A stretch of DNA of 40,105 nucleotides. Origin: a virus. Its lineage: Duplodnaviria > Caudoviricetes. The position numbers and the translations under genes are program-made. Shown one piece after another: positions 25,845-35,686 of the stretch. Below the pieces are notes generated by a model. It was not told the DNA's origin. It saw only the letters and a program-made list of their open reading frames with translations, and did not search any database. Within the stretch, counting starts at the first letter, position 1. Each line of letters begins with the position of its first letter. The DNA lies in the IMG/VR virus record IMGVR_UViG_3300032216_000836, positions 1 to 40,105 of that record; one strand, written 5' to 3'.

Positions 25845-26957
25845 TTACTTACGTCTTTGTTTGTTTGACGCAAGCATGGTTGCTAAAAGGTCCCTAGCCG
25901 CATTCTTATCGCCTTTTTTAGCCCGTTCTTGGAGGTCTTCAGTTGGATCAGGCATACTTGTCTTACCTTTAGCAGTTTGTTTACCAGCCGCAGCCAATGA
26001 ACCACCTGCATTCTTAACTTTGGGTCCTTCACGAAACTTGAGTCCGTCTCTCACCAAAGCTAATAAATGTTCGTCACTAGAAATCAAATCAATGTTTGGT
26101 ATTCCAGGAACAATCGACAAATTAGCACCTTTCCAATCCTTGGCAATCTTTTCCCTTAATTCGGAATAGAGTGCCTTGTTAGACAGTTCTTTATCGCTGA
26201 AGCCTTGTCTTGCTTGTTCAAGTTGTTGCTGAACAAACTGACTTCTTTGCCTATAAAACTGTTCAACTTTAGGACGATTCGTTTGGATAAACTGCGACTT
26301 CTCTTGTATCAACTTTTGGTTCTGAGCAATCGCTGCTTGAGCCTCAGATTGAGATACAGGATCAGTGGCGTTTTCGAGGATTTGCTTCCAAGTCTGGTTA
26401 TATTGTTGAAGGGTTACCAGTTCATCAGCCACTTCTTGCAACTGAGGGACTATCGTCAACTCCAAACCAATTTGCAAACCGTCTAGTTCAGCCCTACGTT
26501 TCGCTTCAAACTCTTCAAACTCGGCTTTTTCAGCTTTAAGTTTGCGAGAATTTTCATCCAAAGCACTTGTTTGACCTAAAAGCGTGGCAGCCTTCTTTGC
26601 AGTTAACTCAACAAAACCACCATCGGCATTTTTGTTGGGTATTTTGAACTTTAAATCAGGATTCTCATCAGCAAATTCAAAGAAATTGACAATGGAGTTA
26701 TCTCCTTCGGAGGACTCTACTGCTTCTTCGCTTTCTACTGGCTCTTCAGTCTCACTTACGCTTTCTTCAGGTTCGCTTCCATCTTCAGGTTGCGCCTGTG
26801 GGGTAGGGGATGACTCCTCTACTTGTCCACCTGGAGGCGGTGTACTGCCATCGGGCTGGGGATTGTTTCGCCTGTTGGCGGCAATCATGTCAGCAATGGT
26901 AGCCACGGGGTCACCAGTTTGTTGGGTAACGGTCTCGGTTGAGGTCACGTTTTCCAT
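25845..26957 (-). CDS. Capsid scaffolding protein
   Basis: Acidic N-terminus, coiled coil, C-terminal RAKKGDKNAARDLL; directly upstream of the capsid gene. Confidence 0.75.
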   Translation of the reverse strand: MENVTSTETVTQQTGDPVATIADMIAANRRNNPQPDGSTPPPGGQVEESSPTPQAQPEDGSEPEESVSETEEPVESEEAVESSEGDNSIVNFFEFADENPDLKFKIPNKNADGGFVELTAKKAATLLGQTSALDENSRKLKAEKAEFEEFEAKRRAELDGLQIGLELTIVPQLQEVADELVTLQQYNQTWKQILENATDPVSQSEAQAAIAQNQKLIQEKSQFIQTNRPKVEQFYRQRSQFVQQQLEQARQGFSDKELSNKALYSELREKIAKDWKGANLSIVPGIPNIDLISSDEHLLALVRDGLKFREGPKVKNAGGSLAAAGKQTAKGKTSMPDPTEDLQERAKKGDKNAARDLLATMLASNKQRRK

Positions 26958-26983
26958 AAGTTTATCCTATTCTATAAAAAATG

Positions 26984-27307
26984 TTAATTCTTTTTATCGA
27001 TATTCGCCTGGGCGTTAACCGATAAGTATACGGTCAATTCAATGAAATCTATAAAATCCCGAGCACCACTAATATAGTGAGCATCACGAATTCTATCTAA
27101 ATCAGTTTTTGCATCCTCCATTCTCTCCATCAAGCTAAATCTGTACAGATTGAACATCAAAGCAAAATCGGTGTTTTTTAGAAGACGGGTAGCAATCTCC
27201 CCGTTTTCTATGAACCTAACCTGTTTTTCAACTTGGTCACTTTTTAAGTCCTTGTGCTTGGTTCGCCTATTAAAGTACTCAGTGATATTTCCCAATAAAC
27301 TTTTCAT
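26984..27307 (-). CDS. Hypothetical protein between portal and scaffold
   Basis: 107 aa, SD AAGGAG. Confidence 0.7.
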   Translation of the reverse strand: MKSLLGNITEYFNRRTKHKDLKSDQVEKQVRFIENGEIATRLLKNTDFALMFNLYRFSLMERMEDAKTDLDRIRDAHYISGARDFIDFIELTVYLSVNAQANIDKKN

Positions 27308-27315
27308 TTTGCTCC

Positions 27316-29499
27316 TTAGTCAACTTGAACGGCTCTTAACTTGTCCCTAGACGCTGCCAATGCTTCGAACATATTGTCCGTGTCAATGTCATCCGTCTTC
27401 TTCTTAATAAATGCAGTATTGGCCATTGTCTCTTGGGCCTTGGCCAATTGAGCTTGAGTCTTGGCTTTCATTTCCTCATCTTGTGCAGATGGGGGTTGCT
27501 GAGACTTGAATTGGCCAATCTTTGTCCATTCTTCCAATGTGGGTAGATAAGCATCTATATGCTTGACACCCAAAGACCTTAATGTGTCCTCATAGGGTAA
27601 CCTGAGTTTAGTAAACATCTCAGGCAATTGGGTTGGAACCATCATCATGGCTTGGCCAAATTGTTGTTGAGCAGCGGTGATCAATTGTTGGCGAGTAAGG
27701 CGGTTTTCTTCAGACATAAAGCCCAAAGCCAAATCAAGACTGATCATCTTGCGATCAATAAACTGATAATTCTCGACTGCCATTGCATCCAAAAAGCCAC
27801 CTGCATTTTCTGAGCAAGCGTGAGCAAGTTGTTGGATGTTGTAGTCATCAGAATACTGAATCATCGTCTTCCAAACCAAATACACTACATCCTTGAGGGC
27901 AATGGCGCAATTTTTGACCATCTCATCTTGGATCAATTGATTGGGACCCATAGCAGTTTGAAGCTTAAATCCTGAATTGCCATCTTTCATCACTTCTGGG
28001 TTCAATGTGTCCCCAGGTGAAGTCATGCCAATCATGGCCATCTTCTCGCTATCAAATCGCTCCATAGAAGATTGGACATAGCCCAAGTTACCTTGCAAGG
28101 GTTGTGGTTCCCAAACGTGTTTATTAGGATCAAACTTACGGTCTAAAATAAACATGGCCGACACGCCACGCTGAATTTCTTCGGCATCCAAGAACTCTGG
28201 ATTTACACCAATTCTGGGGGTAGACGCTTGGAGCGCAAAGGCTAACTCTGCTCTGCGAACAGAAGTAGCGTATTCCTGCATGGGGACAAGACGCTCACCC
28301 AATGAGTAACCAAAGAAGTTACCCACCAAAGGCTTGGGATTCATGTTGGCTAAAGGAATAAAGTCTACTTCCTTGGCATACAGAACATAAGACCCTGAAT
28401 AACAAAGCTCGACAATCTCTTCTTCGCCATCACCATCAATGTCTTTTCTGAGCCATACGGTAGTCAGCATCACCACTCTAGAATAGCGGTCAGCACCTTG
28501 GGATGCAATCACGCCTTGACCTGGCACGGGGGTAGAGTCTCTAGCGTGTAGGGCGAGATCGTTCTCTAGCGCACCTGCTTGATAAGCTCCTGCGGGTCCG
28601 TAGGCAGCGTGGTCGGCAAACTTCTCAAGATCAATGTATGGATACATTACCTTGGCTTCATGGATGGTCATAGGATCATAAAAACCCACAAAGTCTTGGT
28701 CGGCAATCTTGGGCACGGTAGGGTTGCAAACAAAGTAATGTTGGGCAACGTGCTTGATTTTGATGTTAGTCGAGTAACCAGTAAGTTTGTATTTGGCTTT
28801 ATAGATATAGTTGTTCTTTAAAGCTTCATTCAACTCTTCGCCTTGGGATTCTGGACCTTCGCCTTGTTCTTCCTCTTGTGGAGGATTCATCATCTCGGCC
28901 ATTGCGCCTTGAAGATTGACATCTACTCGCCTCATGTTTTGACGCTTTGTAGTCAGTCCAGAATCGGCAGCTTGTATCTCAAAAGCCCTTAATTGGTCCC
29001 GTGTGCCCTCGACTTCCTTGTACATCGTGATGGATTCACGAATAGGCATGACCATTACAATACCATTCTTGTGGAGAAGCGCATCTTGTGCCCAATCCCT
29101 GATGATTGCATAAGCGTCATTTTTATCATTGATGAAATACTTCACCATATCGGTGGATTGTTTAGCACCAATCGCATCGTCTTCAGTAAAACGATTGAAT
29201 TCAAAGTTGACTTGGCCATCAGGCATCAAACACTTGGTAATCACGGCAGTAGCGTAATCAATCCCAGGCGTGACGATAGGGGCGATGTAGTCAATACCAC
29301 GAACGGGTTCTGTGGAATTGGATACGGGGATTTGTAGGTAATGGTAGTCAGTGAATCGGTTATATGTATTCTTGGATTGCGTCAGTCTCAGGTAATCAAC
29401 CATCTTGACATAGGCTTCGTGGGCCACTTGCTCAACAATGCCACGGTGACCAGTTGGGCTTGTTAGGTTGTCTATGACTATGTTTTGTTTGTCTAACAT
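27316..29499 (-). CDS. Portal protein
   Basis: 727 aa after TerL; DALLHKNGIV and DIDGDGEEE motifs; Q-rich C-terminal helix. Confidence 0.88.
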   Translation of the reverse strand: MLDKQNIVIDNLTSPTGHRGIVEQVAHEAYVKMVDYLRLTQSKNTYNRFTDYHYLQIPVSNSTEPVRGIDYIAPIVTPGIDYATAVITKCLMPDGQVNFEFNRFTEDDAIGAKQSTDMVKYFINDKNDAYAIIRDWAQDALLHKNGIVMVMPIRESITMYKEVEGTRDQLRAFEIQAADSGLTTKRQNMRRVDVNLQGAMAEMMNPPQEEEQGEGPESQGEELNEALKNNYIYKAKYKLTGYSTNIKIKHVAQHYFVCNPTVPKIADQDFVGFYDPMTIHEAKVMYPYIDLEKFADHAAYGPAGAYQAGALENDLALHARDSTPVPGQGVIASQGADRYSRVVMLTTVWLRKDIDGDGEEEIVELCYSGSYVLYAKEVDFIPLANMNPKPLVGNFFGYSLGERLVPMQEYATSVRRAELAFALQASTPRIGVNPEFLDAEEIQRGVSAMFILDRKFDPNKHVWEPQPLQGNLGYVQSSMERFDSEKMAMIGMTSPGDTLNPEVMKDGNSGFKLQTAMGPNQLIQDEMVKNCAIALKDVVYLVWKTMIQYSDDYNIQQLAHACSENAGGFLDAMAVENYQFIDRKMISLDLALGFMSEENRLTRQQLITAAQQQFGQAMMMVPTQLPEMFTKLRLPYEDTLRSLGVKHIDAYLPTLEEWTKIGQFKSQQPPSAQDEEMKAKTQAQLAKAQETMANTAFIKKKTDDIDTDNMFEALAASRDKLRAVQVD

Positions 29500-29500
29500 A

Positions 29501-31093
29501 TTAAATCCTTTGGACCTTTCCCTCTATCGGGGCAAACCTACGTTTTTCAAAGTTATTAGCTCGACTGACTACAGATTCCCCGTGACCCTGAATCAGTGCC
29601 AGTATCCCAATCCTTGCGGAGTCAATACAGTCATCTGGGTCGCTGAATCTGCCTTGGGCATCGATAGCGTAATTTCGGCATTCATCCAGAAAATCCCTGC
29701 AATTCTCATTAATCATCAAGGTTTTTCGCTCGAACCCCATACGCATTATATTGATTCCGTAAGCTTTGTGGTTGGTTACTTTACCTTGGTCATTCACTGG
29801 GTTCAGGATCGCCCCCGCAATGCAGTTAAGCCCGTAGTTATCTTCAAATACTTCCCTAACACTTTGTTCTGTGAGAGTGTACCTACCAGCGGTCGCTGCG
29901 TCATGCGGTAGTGCAATCGGGACACCCCTAGTCTCTTTGTCAAGCAGGTAATGAACATATTCATCTGGCGTTTCCCCAGTCGGGATTTTGATTTGCCGAT
30001 GAAGGTAAATTGTCTCTTCAACTGGATCACGGAAAAAGAATGAAATAACGGTCGGGTCATTTTTAATTCCTAAGTCAAAACTAATCAACCTCTCCAGGCT
30101 TTCATTGTCTCTAAGGTTAATATCCGTGGCCTTGTAGGTTGGCCAATCCAATATGGGAAACACCACGCCCTGACCCACCAATGGTATGCCGTTAATACGG
30201 CATTCCCTCTCCCAAGGCATAAAGTCTCTAGCCAACTGTTCCCGTTCTTCTTTGGTAAAAAACGGTTCATCCCATTCATTGACATAAGGAACATCGTCCC
30301 AAGTCACCCTTACATGGCAGTATCCTTCGGTCTGATCCCAGAACTTTCTGACCAATCCTGTGAGACCCTTGAGTGGAGTGAATGAACATATGACCTGTCC
30401 ATTTCGGGAAGCAGTACGCACCACCAACTCGGAAAAGGTTTCATCAGGAGGTTGCTCATCAAGTACGACCAAATCCAGTTCATAGCCTTGCAAATGCCTT
30501 GTTTCTTGAGTGTAGTTAGAAAAGTAAAGCTTAGATTTACCACCCGTGATGTGCCAAATCTCAATGGAGAGCACATTGGCTCCGTCTGCTCGGTAGGATT
30601 TAAAGTCAATGGCATCCTTGGGGATTGACCCTGACCCCAATTTATAACCCTGTTTGATATCGTCACAACCCAATAACTTGGACTGTAGCGTTTTTGCAAC
30701 TTGTTCCCAAGATTCACCAGAACACATGGCAATGATGGGTTGGTCATAGACTTTGCCTTTCCACCATTTGGGGTATCTGCCCGTCAGGTGGTAAGCAGTC
30801 TCAAAGGTAGATGCAATGGTTTTGCCAGAACGGTTGGCAGCAATCATTCCCCTACGGGTATGGGTTTTGCCAGTAGCAAAGAACTTCTTTTGGTATTCAA
30901 AAGGCTTAAACCATTTGAGCTGATTGAATTGCATATCAAATGCAATCTTGTCCCTGGCATTCTTCATGGCCAGTTTTTGTTCATCGGTCATCAGCTTGAT
31001 TGCTTTTTTACCGCCTGACAACTGGATCAGATACTTTAACGCCCTATTTTTATATAGGGGTTGTACATAATCACTGGCTTCACTCTTCGCCAT
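29501..31093 (-). CDS. terL: Terminase large subunit
   Basis: Walker A ANRSGKT, Walker B VVLDEQP, SFTP; nuclease SFDLG, LPHD and DDCIDSAR. Confidence 0.93.
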   Translation of the reverse strand: MAKSEASDYVQPLYKNRALKYLIQLSGGKKAIKLMTDEQKLAMKNARDKIAFDMQFNQLKWFKPFEYQKKFFATGKTHTRRGMIAANRSGKTIASTFETAYHLTGRYPKWWKGKVYDQPIIAMCSGESWEQVAKTLQSKLLGCDDIKQGYKLGSGSIPKDAIDFKSYRADGANVLSIEIWHITGGKSKLYFSNYTQETRHLQGYELDLVVLDEQPPDETFSELVVRTASRNGQVICSFTPLKGLTGLVRKFWDQTEGYCHVRVTWDDVPYVNEWDEPFFTKEEREQLARDFMPWERECRINGIPLVGQGVVFPILDWPTYKATDINLRDNESLERLISFDLGIKNDPTVISFFFRDPVEETIYLHRQIKIPTGETPDEYVHYLLDKETRGVPIALPHDAATAGRYTLTEQSVREVFEDNYGLNCIAGAILNPVNDQGKVTNHKAYGINIMRMGFERKTLMINENCRDFLDECRNYAIDAQGRFSDPDDCIDSARIGILALIQGHGESVVSRANNFEKRRFAPIEGKVQRI

Positions 31094-31268
31094 ACTTTGA
31101 GGACATATCCAAAAGAATTTCTGCTGCGCTTGCTAGATAATAAATTTCTTCAGGGGTAAAGGTTTGCTCACCCCTAAGATTCTTTTCTAGAAGTTCTAGG
31201 CTTTTTCTGGCACAAATTTCCGTTTGGGAAGGAAGTTTATGCCTGAATACTTTGGAGTAATCGTCCAT
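31080..31268 (-). CDS. Hypothetical protein
   Basis: 62 aa, tiles the operon. Confidence 0.6.
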   Translation of the reverse strand: MDDYSKVFRHKLPSQTEICARKSLELLEKNLRGEQTFTPEEIYYLASAAEILLDMSSKYGEE

Positions 31269-31916
31269 TTAAGCCCAAGGGTTAGCAATGTTCTTCTCAG
31301 TAAATGAGATGATGTCTTTGTCGATCAGTGTCCAGATTCCTGCACCCTTTTCACCGATACAGAATGAATAGATACCACGGCCTCTTTCAGTAAAAGAACC
31401 GTCTTGTCTTCTGAGAATGATCTCTTCTGTGCGGGGGTCAATCCAAGTGTATTTTTCAGGCTGGGTTTGACCAAACTTATTGACCCTAGAACCAATGGCC
31501 AATTGTTCAACAGGACCAGCCACTTGGTAGGTGATCATGCCGTTGTCGTATTTCCAAAAGTTGATCTGCACTTTTCTATTGGATTGTGGGTCCAATGGAT
31601 GGGGCATATTGGTTGCACCAAAGAAATGCACCCTAGATGACTCTGGGGGTAGGTCAGCACTTCTAGGGGGGACGGGTTTGAGTTCGTCAACAGGAATCAG
31701 TTCCTTGCGTTCAACATAAGGATTCTCATCCGTAATGAACTCTTGTGGAATCTTTTTACCCTCTAGCGCATTCTTAGCAACCAGGTACTGTTCTTCTTTA
31801 GGCTTACCCACCAGATCAAGGGCAATCTGCGTTTTGTCGTAAACAAATTGAGCTAATTCTTTAGCCGTGGGTAAGTCGGCCTTTAGGGCCTCAATATCAA
31901 AAGTAGCCATTATCAA
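31269..31916 (-). CDS. Hypothetical protein
   Basis: 215 aa, SD AAGGA. Confidence 0.75.
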   Translation of the reverse strand: MIMATFDIEALKADLPTAKELAQFVYDKTQIALDLVGKPKEEQYLVAKNALEGKKIPQEFITDENPYVERKELIPVDELKPVPPRSADLPPESSRVHFFGATNMPHPLDPQSNRKVQINFWKYDNGMITYQVAGPVEQLAIGSRVNKFGQTQPEKYTWIDPRTEEIILRRQDGSFTERGRGIYSFCIGEKGAGIWTLIDKDIISFTEKNIANPWA

Positions 31917-31922
31917 TTCCTT

Positions 31923-32150
31923 TTAAACGTTTTTAGGTACACTGGGTTTGGTGAATTTACCAAATTGTTTTACACCATCGGTGTGTTGGGTAGACAATGT
32001 CTTTACTGTGTAAGCACTGTTAACCGCTTCTGCAATGGTCTTTGCTCTACCGTTGCCTTCAGCAAAAGTATCCAATTTATCGTTGATGGCTTTGGTCAAG
32101 CCCTTAGACATTTGTTTGCCACCACTGATGACTCTTCCGTATGCAGACAT
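31923..32150 (-). CDS. Hypothetical basic protein
   Basis: 75 aa, SD GAGG. Confidence 0.65.
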   Translation of the reverse strand: MSAYGRVISGGKQMSKGLTKAINDKLDTFAEGNGRAKTIAEAVNSAYTVKTLSTQHTDGVKQFGKFTKPSVPKNV

Positions 32151-32157
32151 ATTGGCC

Positions 32158-32472
32158 TCACTTTAAGTAGTTAGTACGGTCACTGTTCATGTAACCATCA
32201 TTGTGACACATACCATCGTACAACTCTTTAGGTCTGCTAGTCATGACCTTTTGTTTTCTACCAGCGGTTGCGCCAGCAGAAGTGTTGTCAGAAGCTCTTT
32301 GGAAAGAAGGAGCACCTTGGTTACCAGAAGGTTGGCTTAGATTACCTTGGGGGCGAGTAACGGCAGTCACACCTTTATAGTGAGAAGCTTCCATTCTGCC
32401 GATGTTGCCTTTACGGTTGGGGGCTTGGGGCATTAGTGTGGGAGCATTGTTCCCAGAAGTGTATCCACTCAT
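32158..32472 (-). CDS. Hypothetical disordered protein
   Basis: 104 aa, ATGA overlap. Confidence 0.65.
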   Translation of the reverse strand: MSGYTSGNNAPTLMPQAPNRKGNIGRMEASHYKGVTAVTRPQGNLSQPSGNQGAPSFQRASDNTSAGATAGRKQKVMTSRPKELYDGMCHNDGYMNSDRTNYLK

Positions 32473-32624
32473 TTCTTTTCCTTTCGGGTTTTGCGTTTAT
32501 GTTCAGCGTCACGTTTAACAGCATAGGCAATTGCCACTGCTTGTTTTTCAGGTTTACCAGCCTCACGCTCTTTAGCGATATTCTTAGACATGGTTTTTTT
32601 GGATGTGCCGTAAGTTAGTGGCAT
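32469..32624 (-). CDS. Small basic phage protein (51 aa, not in ORF track)
   Basis: [38 protein letters not shown]..., a common KQAVAIA-type phage protein. Confidence 0.75.
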   Translation of the reverse strand: MPLTYGTSKKTMSKNIAKEREAGKPEKQAVAIAYAVKRDAEHKRKTRKEKK

Positions 32625-32625
32625 A

Positions 32626-32988
32626 TTACACCTTTTTAAGAGATTCAAGAAAGTTTTCTAGAGCTTGTTCAGCATCTTCCTCTTCATCCTTTTGGACATT
32701 CTGAACGTGCTCTATGGAGATTATAGGTGCTCTTGAGGATTCAAAGGGGGCTAATTTATCAGCAATCCTGGCTTTGTCCTTCATATCCAGTTCATCAGAC
32801 TGCATCGCATCGATCAAAACCTCCATAGCAGTCTTGAGAGGAGGCAAACCTTTGGCCAATCTTTCTTCATTCAGTCGGTTGAACAGTGCACCATATTCGG
32901 TCACATTGTTGACCACGGATTTCTGCTTTGGGCTTCTCTTACCAGTAGCCAGCTCAATTGCTTTCTTTGTTTCTTTTACCGTATCCAT
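32626..32988 (-). CDS. Terminase small subunit candidate
   Basis: Helical, [10 protein letters not shown]...[11 protein letters not shown] pattern, upstream of TerL. Confidence 0.45.
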   Translation of the reverse strand: MDTVKETKKAIELATGKRSPKQKSVVNNVTEYGALFNRLNEERLAKGLPPLKTAMEVLIDAMQSDELDMKDKARIADKLAPFESSRAPIISIEHVQNVQKDEEEDAEQALENFLESLKKV

Positions 32989-33473
32989 TTCAACCCTTCC
33001 TTGGTATCGATCCAAGCAAATGACCCATTGACAGTAAACCCACGCTTTTCATGCACCCTCATAAAGCCCTCATAGTCTTTACGGATACTGGTACTGCATA
33101 CAACAGGAATGCCCCAATTATCGGCCCATAAGAGATGTTGGTCAATCATTTGATTCAACACCCTTATCCTTTGCCGTACGGACAATGTCAGGTCAATATG
33201 GTGAAACTTGCTATTGGATATCTCCTTAGTTGAATAGGAAGCATACCCGCCCCGATCAAACCAACAAACCCCCAGTATCTTATTGTCCTCTTCTGCGTAA
33301 GCAATGAACTCCTTGCTCTTATCAAACAGTTGGACAGTAGCAGCAACCGTCAGATTCTTTCTTAGGAAATTCTCATCATAGGTCAGCACCCCAGACTCGG
33401 AACCATAGAAACCCTCGAACTTAGTAATCAGTCTCTCAACATCGTATATAGGATTAACCAAATGCCATTTCAT
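32976..33473 (-). CDS. GNAT-fold-like protein, first late gene
   Basis: FIAYAEEDNKILGVCW and FMRVHEKRGF patterns; SD AGGAG. Confidence 0.55.
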   Translation of the reverse strand: MKWHLVNPIYDVERLITKFEGFYGSESGVLTYDENFLRKNLTVAATVQLFDKSKEFIAYAEEDNKILGVCWFDRGGYASYSTKEISNSKFHHIDLTLSVRQRIRVLNQMIDQHLLWADNWGIPVVCSTSIRKDYEGFMRVHEKRGFTVNGSFAWIDTKEGLKWIR

Positions 33474-33493
33474 ATTACATCTCCTGTTGGTTT

Positions 33494-33499
33494 ATTATA
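33494..33499 (-). promoter_or_regulatory. -10 box of the late operon promoter
   Basis: TATAAT 20 nt before ATG 33473; upstream is a T/A tract without a canonical -35. Confidence 0.55.
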
Positions 33500-34166
33500 C
33501 TAAAACTTTTTAAAAAAAATTTGGGATTGGGTGAGTGGGCCCCCCTTCCCTGGATGGTCTCCAGTCCTACCCCCCCTCCCCCCATGGCAGCAGCGCATTT
33601 CACATGGTGGGATGAGATTTTATGTGGTGGGGAGACCGATTGCTTTGAAGTGAGTGAGGTTTATGATTGGTTGAAGACCAAGCGAACGAGATAAAGACTT
33701 GTCTTATCTGTTTACTGTCTCTATATGTGATCTAAATACAAAACGAGGTTTATATTGTTTTCCGAAACCTTAAGTATTCAGTTATTAGGGTTTGAATGGT
33801 TCTTGACCATGAGAGCTTGTCTTGTCTCTCTTACCTATTCATTTGACTATCAAGCACCAATTGAGGGCTTATTTATTTGTTCAAGGTTTAATAGTATGCG
33901 AGCTTTAACCCATCAATAGTTATACACATATTACTAACAGTTTATAAAGTCTTAAAAGCACTTTGATTTTTACAATGAATCAAGTGTTAACGGAAAGACA
34001 ATAGGTTTTTACTATCGATTCTGATCTATTGATTTAAATATTTATTGTGCTAAATATGCCTTATTAGGGTTTATACCTATGTTACTTTGGTTAATGAATC
34101 GTTATATTTAGAGCACTAGGAGGTTAAACCTAGGGTTATTAAAACATCAATTTAAAGGGGTTAAAT

Positions 34167-34301
34167 ATGTATGAAATTATCTTTTCGGTTTTTGAGAACA
34201 AGCACATTGTTAGATCATGTTCTGTTTTATCAAGTGTAAAACCTTTGTTTGTAGGAACACTAGAAGAATGCAATTCTAAATTGTCAAACTATAGGGGCTA
34301 A
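34167..34301 (+). CDS. Small protein MYEII-1 (44 aa, not in ORF track)
   Basis: SD AAGGGG; MYEIIFSVFENKHIVRSCSVLSSVKPLFVGTLEECNSKLSNYRG. Confidence 0.65.
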   Translation: MYEIIFSVFENKHIVRSCSVLSSVKPLFVGTLEECNSKLSNYRG

Positions 34302-34303
34302 AC

Positions 34304-34381
34304 ATGAAAGAGTTTATTTATGGATTGATCACCATTGTTCTCATGGTGTTCTTTGCTTATTGTTTTTCTTTAACACTGTAA
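34304..34381 (+). CDS. Small membrane peptide (25 aa)
   Basis: MKEFIYGLITIVLMVFFAYCFSLTL; SD AGGGG. Confidence 0.5.
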   Translation: MKEFIYGLITIVLMVFFAYCFSLTL

Positions 34382-34391
34382 AGGGATCAAT

Positions 34392-34583
34392 ATGGATTTA
34401 AATGAAATTAAACAATCAGTAAACCAAGGTTCAAAGGTTTATTGGGGTGATTCAGGATATCAAGTAATTGTAGATTCATTGGGTCAATACTTTATTAAAT
34501 GTTTATTCAATGGGAGAGTAAGCGAATTGGTTGACTCTCAATTTTCAGAATACAAAGAAACAGATTTTTTTATAGGGGATTAA
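34392..34583 (+). CDS. Hypothetical protein
   Basis: 63 aa, SD AAGGG. Confidence 0.7.
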   Translation: MDLNEIKQSVNQGSKVYWGDSGYQVIVDSLGQYFIKCLFNGRVSELVDSQFSEYKETDFFIGD

Positions 34584-34584
34584 T

Positions 34585-35244
34585 ATGGTGAAATTATCAA
34601 AGACTTCTAAGCTTGATGGGATTCGTTCATGGTCTCTCAATGCACTTGAGACTTGTTCGGGTTCAGTAGATGCTAGTGGAGAGCTTGTGGATGCTTGCAA
34701 GGGATGTTACGCAACAACAGGAAACTATCGGTTCCCTAATGTGAAAGCACCTAGAGATTTTAATAAATCAGATTGGCAAAGGCTTGAATGGGTTGACGAT
34801 ATGGTTAAAGCATTATCAAACGATAGGTTTTTCAGATGGTTTGACAGTGGAGACATTTATACATTGGCATTGGGTGAAAAGATTTTAGAAGTCATGCAAA
34901 GAACCCCATGGGTTTCTCATTGGTTACCCACAAGAATGCACAAGTTTCCCAAATATAAGGGCTTGTTCTTGAAAATGAAATCTTTGGATAATGTAATGGT
35001 TCGCTTCTCTAGCGACAGTGTTAGAGGTGAATTTATTAAAGGTCTACATGGTTCTGTGATTGTTCCATCTAGTGAAGATAAGATTTTCCCTAATGGTTTG
35101 AATGTTTCCTATTGTGAAGCATACAAAAATGAGGGGAAGTGTTCGGGGTGTAGAGCGTGCTATTCAAAAAATGTTGACTTAATTGTTTACCCTGCACATG
35201 GTAAAAAAATGATGAAAGTAATTAATATTTTAAAAGTTGCATGA
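34585..35244 (+). CDS. GP88-like Fe-S (radical-SAM-like) protein
   Basis: LSKTSKL, C-x13-CKGCYA, FRWFDSGD, HWLPTR and C-terminal C...CSGCRAC...H. Confidence 0.8.
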   Translation: MVKLSKTSKLDGIRSWSLNALETCSGSVDASGELVDACKGCYATTGNYRFPNVKAPRDFNKSDWQRLEWVDDMVKALSNDRFFRWFDSGDIYTLALGEKILEVMQRTPWVSHWLPTRMHKFPKYKGLFLKMKSLDNVMVRFSSDSVRGEFIKGLHGSVIVPSSEDKIFPNGLNVSYCEAYKNEGKCSGCRACYSKNVDLIVYPAHGKKMMKVINILKVA

Positions 35245-35255
35245 AAGGGTTCAAT

Positions 35256-35390
35256 ATGTACGAAATTATCAAAAAAGAAACAAGCGAGATTATTGGGATT
35301 TATCCTAGTTACGAAGAAGCTTACAAAGCTTATCAAGAGCTTGGATGGGAAATGTCAGATTATGCTATCGGTTTAGTAGGAGCAATTTAA
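35256..35390 (+). CDS. Small protein MYEII-2 (44 aa, not in ORF track)
   Basis: SD AAGGG; MYEIIKKETSEIIGIYPSYEEAYKAYQELGWEMSDYAIGLVGAI. Confidence 0.7.
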   Translation: MYEIIKKETSEIIGIYPSYEEAYKAYQELGWEMSDYAIGLVGAI

Positions 35391-35392
35391 AA

Positions 35393-35686
35393 ATGACTTA
35401 TAAAACTGCATTTCCAGATTTCCCCGAACCTTTACCCGAAATTGAGGGCTTTGAGGATATTTCTTTTAAGGATGACATTTGTCCATCATTGGGTAAAGAA
35501 ATTGAACCTGATGTTTATTTAACTTTGTTTGTAGACTATCCAAACCCCGAAATGAGAGAGTGTGGAGGATATAGATACAAGTTATTTATTCAAGATGTTG
35601 GAAAAGATGATTTTTTGTGTGTAACTGAAGATTTAGAGAAGATGAAATTTTTTATTAATGGTTATTTGAAAGGAATTGGAAAATGA
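35393..35686 (+). CDS. Acidic hypothetical protein
   Basis: ATG 35393 with SD AGGAG; DISFKDDICPS...VDYPNPEMRE. Confidence 0.7.
   Translation: MTYKTAFPDFPEPLPEIEGFEDISFKDDICPSLGKEIEPDVYLTLFVDYPNPEMRECGGYRYKLFIQDVGKDDFLCVTEDLEKMKFFINGYLKGIGK

Noticed and set aside
26584-27018. Antisense ORFs over structural genes (also 29468..29911, 5924..6265 and others)
   Set aside because: They mirror the codon bias of real minus-strand genes and lack SDs and motifs.
30310-30747. 145-aa same-strand alternative ORF inside terL
   Set aside because: No SD or recognisable motif and nothing missing from TerL, unlike the MTase case; treated as a shadow ORF.
34001-34015. ATAG-N7-CTAT OxyR/LysR-like site
   Set aside because: Only one half of the OxyR pattern, in very AT-rich DNA; could be chance.
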